DNA of 59,882 nt from Blastocatellia bacterium (GCA_046154695.1 JBJXFI010000018.1:1-59882); one strand, 5' to 3'. Positions 8,896 through 20,390 are shown, counted from the stretch's first letter. Made by a program: numbers and translations. The notes: generated by a model from the sequence alone, not told the origin.

Positions 8896-10680
8896 CTACG
8901 GTCGATTCATCCAGACGCTCTTTCCGCCGTAATCGGCGAGCGGGAAGAGCGGGAGCCCTTCGAGGGCGCCGAGGGCGGCCTCCTTCTTGTTGTTTTCGGT
9001 GAAGAGGAAGACGCGGCCCGCGCCCTGCCAGAGACGGCGAAGGCCGGCGTCTTCGAGAAAGACGGGCGGGCAGTCGGGATAGGTGGATCCGAAGGCCATG
9101 CCGGTCACCTTGCCGTTGAGCAGCAGAATCGGCTGGTTCGTGTAAAAGCCGATGGACGAGCCGGTTTCGTATTCGCCGTTGAAGACGATCTTCGCGGAGG
9201 GCTCCCATCGGCTTTCGATCTCTGTCGCGAGCGCGCGGGAAGAGAGAATCGTTCCAAATTTTCGCAGGGCGAGATTGGCCGGCAGAAAGGTCAGTCCCAT
9301 GGTGAGAAGCATCGCGGCGGCGGCCTGTGGGTGGCGTCCGCGGCGGCGAAAGACGAACGCGGCCAGAAAGCCGAGCCCCAGCGAGAGCGCCGCGCCGATC
9401 GCTGGCGTCCGCAATTCGGCGAAGGCGTCCGCCGTCAGATCGAGAAAGTGACCGAGCGAGAGCGTGTACCGGTCATCGCCGGCGGCGGCGGTGTTGAGCA
9501 GCCGATAGAGATCGCCGGTCGGCGCGATCCCGCGCGCGCGCCAGACGAGCGCGCCGAGCAGCGCCGAGACCGCCACCCCGGCCAGGGCCAGCCCGCCCTG
9601 CGCCCAGAGCAGGTAGCGTGAGAGCCAGGCTGCCGGTTGGGCATGTTCTTCGACCTTCGCGAAGGCCGCGCCGAGAAGCAGCGCGAGCGGCGCGTACGCG
9701 GGGAAGGTGTAATACTCCTGGCTCGTCGAGAGGCTGAAGAAGAGCAGGATCAGCGCGGCCCACAACCAGAGGTGCAGGTTGATCAGGCGTTCGCGCGACG
9801 CGCGGCGGTCGATCGACGGGCGCTGGGCGCCGAGCAGCGGCAGGCCGATGCTCCACGGAAAAAGCCAGAGCAGGTGCATCGTCCAGTAGAATACCAACGG
9901 GACGCGGTTGTAATCCTTCGGCTCGCGCGTTCCGAGAAACCGTTTGACGTGCTCGTTGACGAAATAGAACCAGAAGAACCGGTCATTGCGGGCCCCCGCC
10001 AGCAGGTGCCACGGCGCCGCGATCGCGAGGAAAAGGAGCATCCCTGTCGGTAGGCGCAGGCGCCCCAACTCGCTCCAGAGCGTCCTCGTCAGCAGCAGAA
10101 AGAGCCCGATCGGCCCCGCCACAAAGACGATCCCGATCAATCCTTTCGTCAGCACGCACAGCGCGATCGCGGCATACATCAGGTAATACCATCGCTTTTC
10201 GCCCCCCTCGCCGAAAAAGCCCCGCAGAAAGCCGTAATGGGCCAGCAGCAGCCAGAGCGTCAGGATCGCCTCCGGAATCATGATCCGCGTGAAGAGGAAC
10301 ATCCCCACGCACGAGACCAGAATCGCGGCCGCATACAGCCCCGCACGCTCGGACCATGCCCACCGGCCGAAATGCCACGCCGTCAGCGCGAGCAGCAGGA
10401 TCGCCGCGATGATCGGAAAGCGGACCGCGAACGCATTGAAGCCGAAGAGGCGGAATGAGGCCGCCGTCGCCCAATAGATCATCGGCGCCTTTTCGAGATA
10501 CCGGACGCCATTGACGTGGAGCGTCACCCAATCGTTCCGCTCCAGCATCTCGCGGGCCGCCTTCGCGTGCGTCGCGTCCGCGTCGTCGAGCAGCGCCGGC
10601 TCGAAGGAGATCGCCGTGAAGACGCAGAAGGTGAGGGTGAGAAGGAGGCCGATCGACAGGTATTTGCGCATGGATATCAT
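8896..10680 (-). CDS. ArnT/PMT-like (GT39/GT83) polytopic membrane glycosyltransferase
   Basis: 594-aa multi-TM protein. N-terminal loop 'LDDADATHAKAAREMLERNDWVTLHVNGVRYLEKAPMIYW' is typical of the ArnT/PMT_2 family. Convergent with the GT2 gene. Confidence 0.8.
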   Translation of the reverse strand: MISMRKYLSIGLLLTLTFCVFTAISFEPALLDDADATHAKAAREMLERNDWVTLHVNGVRYLEKAPMIYWATAASFRLFGFNAFAVRFPIIAAILLLALTAWHFGRWAWSERAGLYAAAILVSCVGMFLFTRIMIPEAILTLWLLLAHYGFLRGFFGEGGEKRWYYLMYAAIALCVLTKGLIGIVFVAGPIGLFLLLTRTLWSELGRLRLPTGMLLFLAIAAPWHLLAGARNDRFFWFYFVNEHVKRFLGTREPKDYNRVPLVFYWTMHLLWLFPWSIGLPLLGAQRPSIDRRASRERLINLHLWLWAALILLFFSLSTSQEYYTFPAYAPLALLLGAAFAKVEEHAQPAAWLSRYLLWAQGGLALAGVAVSALLGALVWRARGIAPTGDLYRLLNTAAAGDDRYTLSLGHFLDLTADAFAELRTPAIGAALSLGLGFLAAFVFRRRGRHPQAAAAMLLTMGLTFLPANLALRKFGTILSSRALATEIESRWEPSAKIVFNGEYETGSSIGFYTNQPILLLNGKVTGMAFGSTYPDCPPVFLEDAGLRRLWQGAGRVFLFTENNKKEAALGALEGLPLFPLADYGGKSVWMNRP

Positions 10681-10740
10681 AAAAAACTATTATCTTCGCC
10701 ACTACGTGGAGTGATGCGGAAAAGCAAATAACTTAGGCAC

Positions 10741-12050
10741 CGCGAAAAAACAACTTGAGCAATTATTTCCTGGGAGAAATTGTGTAATTCCATTCTCCAT
10801 GAAACTTGGCCTTGATTAGTTTCAGGTTTGCGAGTTCTTCGTTACTAACCACGATCCCAGTTTCATAATGGTTTGTATCGAGTGCCGCACGCACAGTCAG
10901 TCCCTTCGTCGTGGTTGTCTTGCCGATTAAGTTCACAATCACTTCGTAACTGGTCAGAGGGCGGCCACGCCAGTTTTTGGTAATAAAGCAGAATAAACGA
11001 TGTTCAATCTTGTTCCACTTACTGGTTCCAGGCGGAAAATGAGACACTTGAAGCTTCAATCCCAATTCGTCGGCCAATTCTTGCAGCGCCACTTTCCAGA
11101 GGCGCGAGCGAGATCCGTTGCTGCCGCCTCCGTCCGCTGTTATCAGCAACTGTGTCGCGCGCGGAAAACGCTCCGCCCCCATCTCTTGCCACCAACGACG
11201 AATACTGGAGCTGGCGAACCGTGCCGTATCATGGTCAATCCCCACGCTTACCCAGCCCTCGTTGCTGGCCAGATCATAGACTCCGTAAGGAATGGCCTTG
11301 CCAAGTTGAGGGTCCGGGAAGTCATGTACTTTGACTTTTTCGGGCTTCCCATGTGGCCGCCATTCCTGGCCCGCATTCTTGAATTCCCCCACCAATTCCT
11401 TCTTTTTCGTATCCACCGAGATCACTGGTTGCCACCGCTTTTGAAACGCCATGACCTGTTGGTTGATATATTCGAATTGAGCGTTGCGATCAGGATGCGA
11501 CGAGCCTTCTTGTGTCTTGCGATTGGCCTGCAAACTGTAACCGGCCAATTTCAACAACGTCGCAACCGTGCGATCGGTGACGGGATGTTGCTGCCGGCGC
11601 AACTCTTCGGCCAACTTGCGAGTGCTCTTACAACTCCAGCGCAACGGCGATTCGGGATGTCCTCGTGTGCCCGGCTCAACCAAGGCATCCAACGCTTGTT
11701 GCAATTCTGGGTCTGTCTCTATCAATGGTTTACGGCCACCGCCCGGAGCACGAATCCGGGCACGAATGGACTCTTCAGGATGTGCCAGACGATATTCCAA
11801 TTCACGTCTACCGACCAAGATCGTGTTTCGCGCCAAGCCTGTCGCATTCGACACCATCGTTGCGCCGCCACAACCCAAATCCGAAGCTTCCGTGGCGGCC
11901 CATTGCCTGCGCATTCGTTCGTCCATCATTGGCTCAAGCGCCTGATACTTTTGCCGAATTCGTTCGATCGTGGTTTCATCTTGCATGCACCCACGATCTT
12001 CTAAACGCTAAAAATAGGCAATGCGATTTTGCTCAAGTTGTTTTTTCGCG
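10741..12050 (-). mobile_element. ISAzo13-family insertion sequence with perfect 21-bp terminal inverted repeats
   Basis: CGCGAAAAAACAACTTGAGCA at 10741-10761 is the exact reverse complement of 12030-12050. It encloses a single transposase ORF. GC is visibly lower than in the flanks. No clear target-site duplication was seen. Confidence 0.85.
10763..11986 (-). CDS. ISAzo13-family DDE transposase
   Basis: 407 aa. 'IERIRQKYQALEPMMDERMRRQWAATEASDLGCGGATMVSNATGLARNTI' and 'FPPGTSKWNKIEHRLF' match the DDE_Tnp_ISAZ013 (Rhodopirellula-type) pattern from memory. Confidence 0.85.
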   Translation of the reverse strand: MQDETTIERIRQKYQALEPMMDERMRRQWAATEASDLGCGGATMVSNATGLARNTILVGRRELEYRLAHPEESIRARIRAPGGGRKPLIETDPELQQALDALVEPGTRGHPESPLRWSCKSTRKLAEELRRQQHPVTDRTVATLLKLAGYSLQANRKTQEGSSHPDRNAQFEYINQQVMAFQKRWQPVISVDTKKKELVGEFKNAGQEWRPHGKPEKVKVHDFPDPQLGKAIPYGVYDLASNEGWVSVGIDHDTARFASSSIRRWWQEMGAERFPRATQLLITADGGGSNGSRSRLWKVALQELADELGLKLQVSHFPPGTSKWNKIEHRLFCFITKNWRGRPLTSYEVIVNLIGKTTTTKGLTVRAALDTNHYETGIVVSNEELANLKLIKAKFHGEWNYTISPRK

Positions 12051-12068
12051 AAGCCTTACTTGAAGGAG

Positions 12069-13190
12069 ATGGGATTGAGCAAGCAGTCTTCCGGAGATTC
12101 ATCGGCGGAGATCGCCGATCGCAAGCGGAGCCATTTCGATCTGTGCGCGCATCAGGAAGTCGAATTTCGCGCGAAGACCACCTGGCTGGAGGAGGTCGAG
12201 CTGGTCCATCAACCGCTGACGGAGACACGGTTGGAAGAGATCGACCTCGGAGTGACGGTGCTGGGGAAGCGGCTCGATTTTCCGTTGATGATCACGGGAA
12301 TGACGGGCGGGGCGGCCGAGGTGGGGCGATTCAATCGCGATGTGGCGGCGCTGGCGGATCGAATGCGGATCGGATTCGGCGTCGGATCGCAGCGGGCGAT
12401 GCTGCGGGATCCCGAATCGAAGTCGAGCTTCGCGGTTCGGGAGGTCGCGCCGGAGGTGCTCCTGTTCGGCAATATCGGCATCGCCCAGGCGCGCGAATTG
12501 ACGACCGCCGAGGCCGCCGGCCTCGCGCAGGCGATCGGCGCGGACGGGCTGTGCGTGCACTTAAACACGGCGATGGAGATCATACAGGAGAATGGCGATC
12601 ACGATTTTCGCGGATCCTTCGAGGCATTGAAGCGCCTTGCCGGGGAGTCCCCGCTGCCGATCATCGCCAAGGAAACGGGCTGCGGCTTCGCCCGCGAAAG
12701 CGGGGCGCGGCTGGTCGAAGCGGGCATTGAATGGGTCGATGTCTCGGGCGCGGGCGGCACCTCGTGGGTCGGCGTCGAGACGCTTCGCAATCGCGTGCTG
12801 CGGCATCTGGGCGAGGCCTTCTGGGATTGGGGCGTGCCGACGGCGGCCAGTCTGTGTGAGCTTCGCGGCCTGCCCCTGCAACTGATCGCCTCGGGCGGAA
12901 TTCGAACCGGGATGCAGGCCGCCCGCGCTCTCGCGCTCGGCGCCCGCGTCGTCGGCGTCGCGCTTCCCGTGCTGCGCGCCTATGTCGCCGGCGGGGTCGA
13001 TGAGGTCGAGATCTATCTGCGCCGCCTGTGCGAGGAACTGCGCGTCGCGGTCATGCTCGCGGGATGCTCGCGTGTGCGGGATCTGACTCCGCGGCACGTC
13101 GTCCTCCACGGCCGCCTGCTCGAATGGACCCGCCAGCGGGGGGAGATCGTTCGGAGTTCCGCCTTCAGGCGGGCCGGTATGAATGAATGA
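12069..13190 (+). CDS. fni: Type 2 (FMN-dependent) isopentenyl-diphosphate delta-isomerase
   Basis: 'RKRSHFDL..LVHQPL..IDLGVTVLGKRLDFPLMITGMTGG', 'IIAKETGCG', 'VDVSGAGGTSW', 'LIASGGIRTG'. ATG at 12069 directly after GAAGGAG. The last ~14 codons translate a GTTCGGAGTTCCGCC repeat. Confidence 0.85.
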   Translation: MGLSKQSSGDSSAEIADRKRSHFDLCAHQEVEFRAKTTWLEEVELVHQPLTETRLEEIDLGVTVLGKRLDFPLMITGMTGGAAEVGRFNRDVAALADRMRIGFGVGSQRAMLRDPESKSSFAVREVAPEVLLFGNIGIAQARELTTAEAAGLAQAIGADGLCVHLNTAMEIIQENGDHDFRGSFEALKRLAGESPLPIIAKETGCGFARESGARLVEAGIEWVDVSGAGGTSWVGVETLRNRVLRHLGEAFWDWGVPTAASLCELRGLPLQLIASGGIRTGMQAARALALGARVVGVALPVLRAYVAGGVDEVEIYLRRLCEELRVAVMLAGCSRVRDLTPRHVVLHGRLLEWTRQRGEIVRSSAFRRAGMNE

Positions 13191-13966
13191 GCGGCCTCGC
13201 CGGCTGCCGGCGCATTTGCCTCGTCACGGCCGTCGATGTCGAATTCAACGCGGCCGCGCGGCTGCTCGCGGACCCCGCGCACGGCGAAGAGTGCGGGGTC
13301 CGCCTCTGCCGCGGGACGCGCGGCGCCCGCCGTGTCACAATCCTCAAGGCCGGCATGGGCGCCATCGGTTTCGCTCCCCGCCTCGACGCGCATCTCGATG
13401 CCAATCCGTGCGACGCGTTGATCGTCGCCGGTCTTGCCGGGGCTCTCGTCCCCGACCTTGCCGCGGGGGATGCCGTCCTTTATGACCGGTGCGCGGATGC
13501 CCGGCCCGAAAACGCAAGAGAATTGGAATCCGACCGTGACGAAATCGCGAGGATTGTCGGGGACGATCTGCTTCTCAATACCCTGGGCGTTCTTTTGCAA
13601 GTCGCCGGACGCGCGGTCTCCGTCCGTCCCGGAATCACGGTCGGCGAGATCGTCGTCTCTTCCGAAAGGAAACTCTTCCTGGGAACCCGCCATCGCGCCG
13701 CCGCCGCCGATATGGAGACCTTCGAGATCTGGTCCCTCTGCCGCGGGCGCGGGCTCCCCTTCGCCGCTCTGCGGATCATCTCCGATGATGCCGGGCAGGA
13801 CCTGCCGGATTTCAATCGCGCCTATGATACCGAGGGCCGCATCCTCCCCCGTCGAATGGCGGCGGTGATGGCCGCGCACCCCGTCGTCACCGCGCGTTTT
13901 TTGATCAATCTACGCCGGGCCATGCGGGCGTTTCGACCCGCTCTCGAGATCGTTCTCGATGCCTGA
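13187..13966 (+). CDS. PNP_UDP_1 nucleoside phosphorylase/nucleosidase family protein, HpnG-like
   Basis: 'CLVTAVDVEFNAA', 'ILKAGMGAIG', 'DALIVAGLAGAL', 'AADMETFEI', 'LRIISDD'. Start overlaps the fni stop (ATGA). The HpnG assignment rests on context with the hpnA-like gene. Confidence 0.55.
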   Translation: MSGLAGCRRICLVTAVDVEFNAAARLLADPAHGEECGVRLCRGTRGARRVTILKAGMGAIGFAPRLDAHLDANPCDALIVAGLAGALVPDLAAGDAVLYDRCADARPENARELESDRDEIARIVGDDLLLNTLGVLLQVAGRAVSVRPGITVGEIVVSSERKLFLGTRHRAAAADMETFEIWSLCRGRGLPFAALRIISDDAGQDLPDFNRAYDTEGRILPRRMAAVMAAHPVVTARFLINLRRAMRAFRPALEIVLDA

Positions 13967-14008
13967 TTGGTGTGACCAAATAGATGCCGGCGCGCGGGGA
14001 TCGGTCTG

Positions 14009-14038
14009 TTGACAAGGTAAATCCGGCTCAACTACAGT
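14009..14038 (+). promoter_or_regulatory. Candidate sigma-70 promoter (TTGACA - 18 nt - TACAGT)
   Basis: TTGACA at 14009-14014 and TACAGT at 14033-14038, about 75 nt upstream of the yjbQ-like ATG. Confidence 0.35.
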
Positions 14039-14113
14039 TTATCGCTTGCTCGCGGGGCCCCGGCGCTTATGCTGGCAGGCCGCGATTGGGATACAACACA
14101 AGGAGAAGAACAG

Positions 14114-14605
14114 ATGAGCACAGTTGCACTCTCAGCGGTAGAGGCACATCCCAGGATTGAAACAAGAGAAGGGACCTACAAAGTCGCATCGACCACGCTG
14201 GTCTTCAGCACCTATGAGCGGGTCGAGATGAAGACGATCACGCGGGAGATCGCGGGGTTCGTCGAGCAGACGCCGATTCGGGACGGCGTCGTCCAGATCT
14301 CCTCGCTGCACACGACGGCGGGGCTGGTGTTGAATGAGACGCAGGATGCGCTGCTCTCCGACATGGCGGTGATGTTCGAGCAGCTCCTTCCGCGCGGCGT
14401 CTATTACAAGCACAACGATCCCGCGCATTCGGACTGCGATCGAAGGAACGCCGATGCTCACCTCCGCGCCCTGGTCGTGGGGCACAGCCTCTCGATCCCG
14501 ATCGTCGATGGGAAGATGAAGCTCGGTTCCTGGCAGAATATCCTCTTTACCGAGTTTGACGGGCCGAACAACCGCAAGGTCCATATTCAGGTGATGGGAG
14601 TTTGA
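14114..14605 (+). CDS. yjbQ: YjbQ/UPF0047 family protein (secondary thiamine-phosphate synthase-like)
   Basis: 'ISSLHTTAGLVLNE..DAHLRALVVGHSLSIPIVDGKMKLGSWQNILFTEFDGP' is the family pattern. ATG at 14114 after AAGGAGAAG. Confidence 0.8.
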   Translation: MSTVALSAVEAHPRIETREGTYKVASTTLVFSTYERVEMKTITREIAGFVEQTPIRDGVVQISSLHTTAGLVLNETQDALLSDMAVMFEQLLPRGVYYKHNDPAHSDCDRRNADAHLRALVVGHSLSIPIVDGKMKLGSWQNILFTEFDGPNNRKVHIQVMGV

Positions 14606-14615
14606 ATTCCCATTT

Positions 14616-15602
14616 ATGCGGGCATTTATCACGGGGGCGACAGGCTTCATCGGAGGCAATCTGGTTCGCCTGCTTCTTGAAGCGGGCCACGAGGTCCGGT
14701 GTCTGGCGCGCCGCGGGAGCGACCGGCGAAACATCGCCGGCTTGCCGGTGGATCTGGTCGAGGGGGATCTGGAAGACCGGCGGCAATTGACGGAAGCCCT
14801 GGCGGGCTGCGATGCGGTTTTCCACGTCGCGGCCCTTTACTCGTTATGGGGGAAGGATCGCGAGGCGATCTATCGGTCCAATGTCACGGGGACGGAGAAT
14901 ATGCTGGCGGCGGCGCGGGCCGCCCGGGTAAAGCGATTCGTGCACACGAGTTCCGTCGCCGCGATCGGCGTGCCCGCCCGGGGGACGATGGGCGATGAGC
15001 GGACCGAGACCTCGGCCGAAGAACTCGTCAGCGACTACAAGAAATCGAAATACCTGGCCGAGCGGGCGGCGATCGCGGCGGCGCGCCGAGGCCAGGATGT
15101 GGTGATCGTCAATCCCTCGACGCCGGTCGGGGCGCGTGACGTGAAGCCGACGCCGACGGGCGAGATCATCCTCCGGTTCCTGCGGGGCCGCATGCCCGCC
15201 TATGTTCACACGGGATTGAATCTGATCGATGTGGAGGATGTGGCGCGCGGCCACCTTCTCGCGTGGGAGCGCGGGCGGGCGGGCGAGCGATACATCCTCG
15301 GCAATCGAAACCTGACCCTCAGGCAGATGTTGGAGCTGCTCGCCGCCGTGACCGGACGACGCGCCCCCAGCTTCGCCATTCCGCACGCGATTCCGCTCGC
15401 CGCGGCCTATGTCGATGAGCGGATCCTGGCCCGATTCCTGGGGACACGCCCCCACCTCTCGTTCTATTCCGTTCAGATGTCGCGGAAAGCGATGTATTAC
15501 GATTCGTCCAAGGCCGTGCGGGAACTTGGGCTCCCGCAGCGTCCGATCGAGGCCGCACTGGAGAAGGCCGCGCATTGGTTTGAAGGCAGCGGGTATGTTT
15601 GA
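14616..15602 (+). CDS. hpnA: NAD-dependent epimerase/dehydratase, hopanoid-associated sugar epimerase HpnA-like
   Basis: '[68 protein letters not shown]' closely follows the TIGR03466 pattern as I remember it. Confidence 0.7.
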   Translation: MRAFITGATGFIGGNLVRLLLEAGHEVRCLARRGSDRRNIAGLPVDLVEGDLEDRRQLTEALAGCDAVFHVAALYSLWGKDREAIYRSNVTGTENMLAAARAARVKRFVHTSSVAAIGVPARGTMGDERTETSAEELVSDYKKSKYLAERAAIAAARRGQDVVIVNPSTPVGARDVKPTPTGEIILRFLRGRMPAYVHTGLNLIDVEDVARGHLLAWERGRAGERYILGNRNLTLRQMLELLAAVTGRRAPSFAIPHAIPLAAAYVDERILARFLGTRPHLSFYSVQMSRKAMYYDSSKAVRELGLPQRPIEAALEKAAHWFEGSGYV

Positions 15603-15648
15603 GCTATACTTGCCCGCGCATCGTTCCCAATGTAGAGGTACCGATTTC

Positions 15649-16740
15649 ATGCCTGGATTCAAGCACCGCGATTCTTCTCCCATTTTCCTCGTCCTGCTGC
15701 TGCTCTTCGCGGTTGCGGGGCTCGCTCAGGAGAAGCCCGGGAAGCCGGAAGAGCAGGTCGGCACGATCCGCCTGGACACGGATCTGGTCTCGATCGATGT
15801 CGCGGTCAGCGATCGCGCGGGCAGCCGCAGCGTCGCGGGCCTCAAGGCGGCGGATTTCGTGGTCTATGAAGACGGCGTCCGGCAGAAGATCGCGGCCTTC
15901 TCGGCGGAGGATGTCCCCTTCAACCTGGTACTGCTGTTGGACACCTCCGGCAGCACGCGCGAGGATGTCACGACCATGCGCCGGGCCGCGCGCCGCTTTC
16001 TCGACGAGCTTCGCCCGCGAGACCGCGTGGCCGTGGTCCAGTTCAACCGCGAGGTCGAGCTTCTCAAGGATCTGACAAGCGATCGCGAGCGGATCGAGGA
16101 GGCCCTCGAACGGCTCAAGCCGGGGACGGGCACCTCCTATTACGACGCGCTGCTGCTGACGATCGACGAGGTCTTCAAGGGCGTATCGGGGCGCCGGGCC
16201 ATCGTGGCGCTGACCGACGGCGTCGATTCCTTCGGCTATACGACCTATCGCGAAATCCTGGCCAAACTCGAAGCCGCCGGCGCGAGCGCCTATTTCCTCG
16301 AACTCGACACCGAATCGTTCACCGAGGTCGGGATGATGCGCGACTGCCAGGAGCGGAACCATTTCGAATTCTCTCCGAAACAATTGAAGAAGTACCGGGA
16401 GGAGTATGCCAGGGACGCGATGGAGGTGGATTACGGCGAGCACTGCCGCATCGCAAAGTTGGAACGGATGCAGATCAACCGGCGCCTCTATGAATCGGCG
16501 CGGCGGGAATTGCGCGAGATCGCCTCGAAGACGGGCGGCCGCGTCTATCCCGTGAAGGACCTGCGGCAGCTCGAACCGGCCTATTCCCAGATCGCCGCCG
16601 AACTGCACACGCTCTATACGCTGGCCTATTACCCGGCCAATGAACGGCGCGACGGCAAGTGGCGCCGCTTGAAGGTCGATCTCAAACGGCCGGGTTTCGA
16701 GGCGCATACGCGGCCGGGATACCGCGCGCCGCGGGATTGA
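15649..16740 (+). CDS. Secreted VWA-domain protein (acidobacterial TIGR03436-like)
   Basis: Signal peptide '[18 protein letters not shown]'. '[44 protein letters not shown]' contains the MIDAS DxSxS motif. ATG at 15649; the longer ORF-track start overlaps hpnA. Confidence 0.8.
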   Translation: MPGFKHRDSSPIFLVLLLLFAVAGLAQEKPGKPEEQVGTIRLDTDLVSIDVAVSDRAGSRSVAGLKAADFVVYEDGVRQKIAAFSAEDVPFNLVLLLDTSGSTREDVTTMRRAARRFLDELRPRDRVAVVQFNREVELLKDLTSDRERIEEALERLKPGTGTSYYDALLLTIDEVFKGVSGRRAIVALTDGVDSFGYTTYREILAKLEAAGASAYFLELDTESFTEVGMMRDCQERNHFEFSPKQLKKYREEYARDAMEVDYGEHCRIAKLERMQINRRLYESARRELREIASKTGGRVYPVKDLRQLEPAYSQIAAELHTLYTLAYYPANERRDGKWRRLKVDLKRPGFEAHTRPGYRAPRD

Positions 16741-16764
16741 GACGAATGGAAAGGATGGTTCCGG

Positions 16765-17994
16765 ATGGCGGATCGTGATTACGACGTGGTGCTGTATGGA
16801 GCGAGCGGGTTCACCGGAAAGCAGACGGTGGAGTATTTCGCGCGGCGGGTTCCGGCCGGGGCGGTGCGATGGGCGATCGCGGGGCGCAATCGGGAGAAGC
16901 TGGAGGCGGTCCGCGCGCAGGTCGGCGGCGCGGCCGCGGGTGTGGATGTGCTGGTGGCCGACAGCCGGGACACGGCGGCCGTGGATGCCGTCGCCGGGCG
17001 GACCCGCGTGCTGCTATCCACGGCGGGGCCGTTCGCGATCCATGGCGGCCCGCTGGTCGATGCGTGCGTGCGCCTCGGCACGCATTACGCGGACATCACA
17101 GGAGAGACCCCCTGGGTGCGGGAGCTGATCGATCGATATCACGAGACGGCGGCCTCGTCGGGCACGCGCATCATTCCGTTTTGCGGCTTCGATTCGGTGC
17201 CCTCGGATCTGGGGGCGTACCTGATCGTCCGCCATCTGCAGCGGGAAACGGGCGCGTCGTGCAGAGCGGTGAGGGCCTATTATCAACTTGCCGGCGGACT
17301 CAATGGGGGAACGATGGCCACGGTCTTCCATCTTCAGGAGGCGGGGCTGACGGAGCGCGCGCGCGACCCGTTTCTGCTCGATCCTACGACGGCGTCCCGC
17401 GCGAAAACGGAAATCGATCGCAGCCTGGATCCGGTGCTGCCGCATTACGACGCCGATATTCATTCGTGGATCGGGCCATTCTTTATGGGCCAGATCAACA
17501 CCCGCGTCGTGCGCCGCAGCCAGGCGCTCTTTGAGCGGTGGGGCGAATCGTACGGGCCGTCGTTCGCCTATCAGGAATACATGAAGTTCGGCGGACCGCT
17601 CGGATGGGTCGGCGCCGCCGGGATGACGGCAGGCACGGCGATGTTCCAGCTTTCGCTTCAAACGCCGCTGCGCGGGCTGATGAAAGCGGTCCTGCCGCAG
17701 CCCGGCGCCGGTCCCTCCGAACGGACGATGGATCATGGTTGGTTTCGCTGCGAGCTGCTGGCCATCGCCGATGACGGGCGCAAGGTGCGCGGCCTGATCC
17801 GCGATCAGGGAGATCCCGGAAACCGCGCGACCGTCAAGATTCTCTGCGAATCGGCCCTCGGGCTCGCCCTGAACGCCGATCGACTGCCCGGCGGCAGCTC
17901 GCGCGGCGGCATCCTGACCCCGGCCACGGGCCTCGGCGACGTGCTCGCCGCACGGCTTCGCGACGCGGGAATGACGATCGAGATGGGAATCTGA
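16765..17994 (+). CDS. Saccharopine dehydrogenase-family NAD(P)-binding protein
   Basis: 'YDVVLYGASGFTGKQTVEYFARR..WAIAGRNREKLEAV..CGFDSVPSDLG'. Confidence 0.8.
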   Translation: MADRDYDVVLYGASGFTGKQTVEYFARRVPAGAVRWAIAGRNREKLEAVRAQVGGAAAGVDVLVADSRDTAAVDAVAGRTRVLLSTAGPFAIHGGPLVDACVRLGTHYADITGETPWVRELIDRYHETAASSGTRIIPFCGFDSVPSDLGAYLIVRHLQRETGASCRAVRAYYQLAGGLNGGTMATVFHLQEAGLTERARDPFLLDPTTASRAKTEIDRSLDPVLPHYDADIHSWIGPFFMGQINTRVVRRSQALFERWGESYGPSFAYQEYMKFGGPLGWVGAAGMTAGTAMFQLSLQTPLRGLMKAVLPQPGAGPSERTMDHGWFRCELLAIADDGRKVRGLIRDQGDPGNRATVKILCESALGLALNADRLPGGSSRGGILTPATGLGDVLAARLRDAGMTIEMGI

Positions 17995-18004
17995 AAGGGA
18001 TCGC

Positions 18005-18150
18005 TCCAGCTTGTGCCTGGTGTGGGGTGCGCGTGAAGAGTCCGGCGGGGCGCGCGCCGGAAGGGGTCTCGTTCGAGGCCCGGTCTTTTTCCGGTAGTGT
18101 CTGATGGATGCGGCACAAGCTGGACAGCTTGTGCCACTTTTTCTGAGGAG
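18005..18150 (+). repeat. Copy A of a ~150-nt structured intergenic element (half hairpin 1 + GC stem + hairpin 2 + T-run + GAGGAG)
   Basis: Aligns by eye at roughly 85-90% identity with 26574-26731. It ends in GGCACAAGCTGGACAGCTTGTGCC-ACTTTTTCTGAGGAG, 2 nt before the ATG at 18153. Confidence 0.85.
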
Positions 18151-19194
18151 CCATGGCACAGGAACGTAAATTTCAGGTGGGCATCAACTATCCATGGATC
18201 GATTATGCATGGGATTTCGGCGATCCGCCGTCGGCGTGGGTCGGGCCGGACTACGTCGCCGAATGGCGCGCGAAGAAGCGCAGCCGGATCCGCGAGGATT
18301 TTCGGGCCTTCGCCGACCTGGGCCTGTTCGCCGTTCGCTGGTTTCTGCTGGCCGACGGATTGAGTTACGGGACCGGCGCGGAAGGACCGCGCGTCGAGGC
18401 GGGGAAGTGGACCTTTCAGCCGCTTCCCCGCGATCATTCCTTTCACAAGCAGCTCCTCGACGATTTCGCGTTCGTCCTCCAGACCTGCGCCGAGCTGAAG
18501 ATCCAGTTCGTTCCCTCGCTGATCGATTTTCACTGGTGCCATCAGGGAGGCGCCGCCGATGCGAACGGCGAGGTCATCAAGGGCGGCCGCGCCGACCTCG
18601 TTCGCGACAGGGCGAAGCACGACGCGTTCTTCGACGCGGCGCTCGAACCGCTGCTCGACATCTCCATGCGCGCGCCCGAGGCAATCTATGCGTGGGAGCT
18701 GATCAACGAGCCGGAATGGGTGACCGAGACCGCCTCGCTGATGCAGATTCGCGGCGATCCGAACAAGACCGTCTCACAGGACGAGATGCTCGCCTTCATC
18801 GCCGAGGGCATCGGGCGGATCAATCACCGCCGCCTGCCGGATGGCCGCGCGGCATTCCGGTCCACCGTCGGATTCGCGCACTGGGACGCTGTAAAAGACT
18901 GGGACTCCCCCGGTCTCGGCGTCACGCTCCATCAATTCCACTATTACGCGCCCGACCGGCGCAAGATTCCCCGGCATAGCTTCGCGCCCGAATATCCCTG
19001 TTTCATCGGCGAATTCGCCACGAAATTCCATCGGGGATGGCCCGATTTGCGAAAGGGCGATCTCGCACGGACGATCTCGGCCCGGCTCAAATGCATCGAG
19101 GAGAAGGGGTATCCGTCAGCCTTTCTCTGGTCGGCCGGAGCCGTCGATGAGGCGACCATCTGGACCGGCGCCGATCAGGACGAGACGCTCGCGT

Positions 19195-20340
<1,146 letters not shown>

Positions 20341-20390
20341 TAGGTTGCTTCTCCCGTAACCGGCGTCCTCTCGCCGCGCCGCTCTCCCGC

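Noticed and set aside
10731-12060. Target-site duplication flanking the IS.
   Set aside because: The flanks (..TTAGGCAC and AAGCCTTA..) show no direct repeat. They look more like an imperfect outward extension of the inverted repeat, so no TSD is claimed.
15409-15648. Extended N-terminus of the VWA protein from the ORF track (443 aa). Similar extended starts occur for the MFS (24923), ATP-grasp 2 (23649), ATP-grasp 4 (26678), sdhA (38740), sdhB (40864) and the OMP (53506).
   Set aside because: The extensions overlap the upstream genes or repeats and are Arg/Pro-rich. Internal ATGs with an SD and a signal peptide, or a conserved N-terminus, fit better.
17834-18154. Small ORFs sharing the peptide 'KKWHKLSSLC' (also 26566-26778 minus strand and 45469-45753 plus strand).
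   Set aside because: The shared peptide is the translation of the GGCACAAGCTG hairpin repeat. The ORFs have no SD and sit in different contexts, so they are repeat artefacts.
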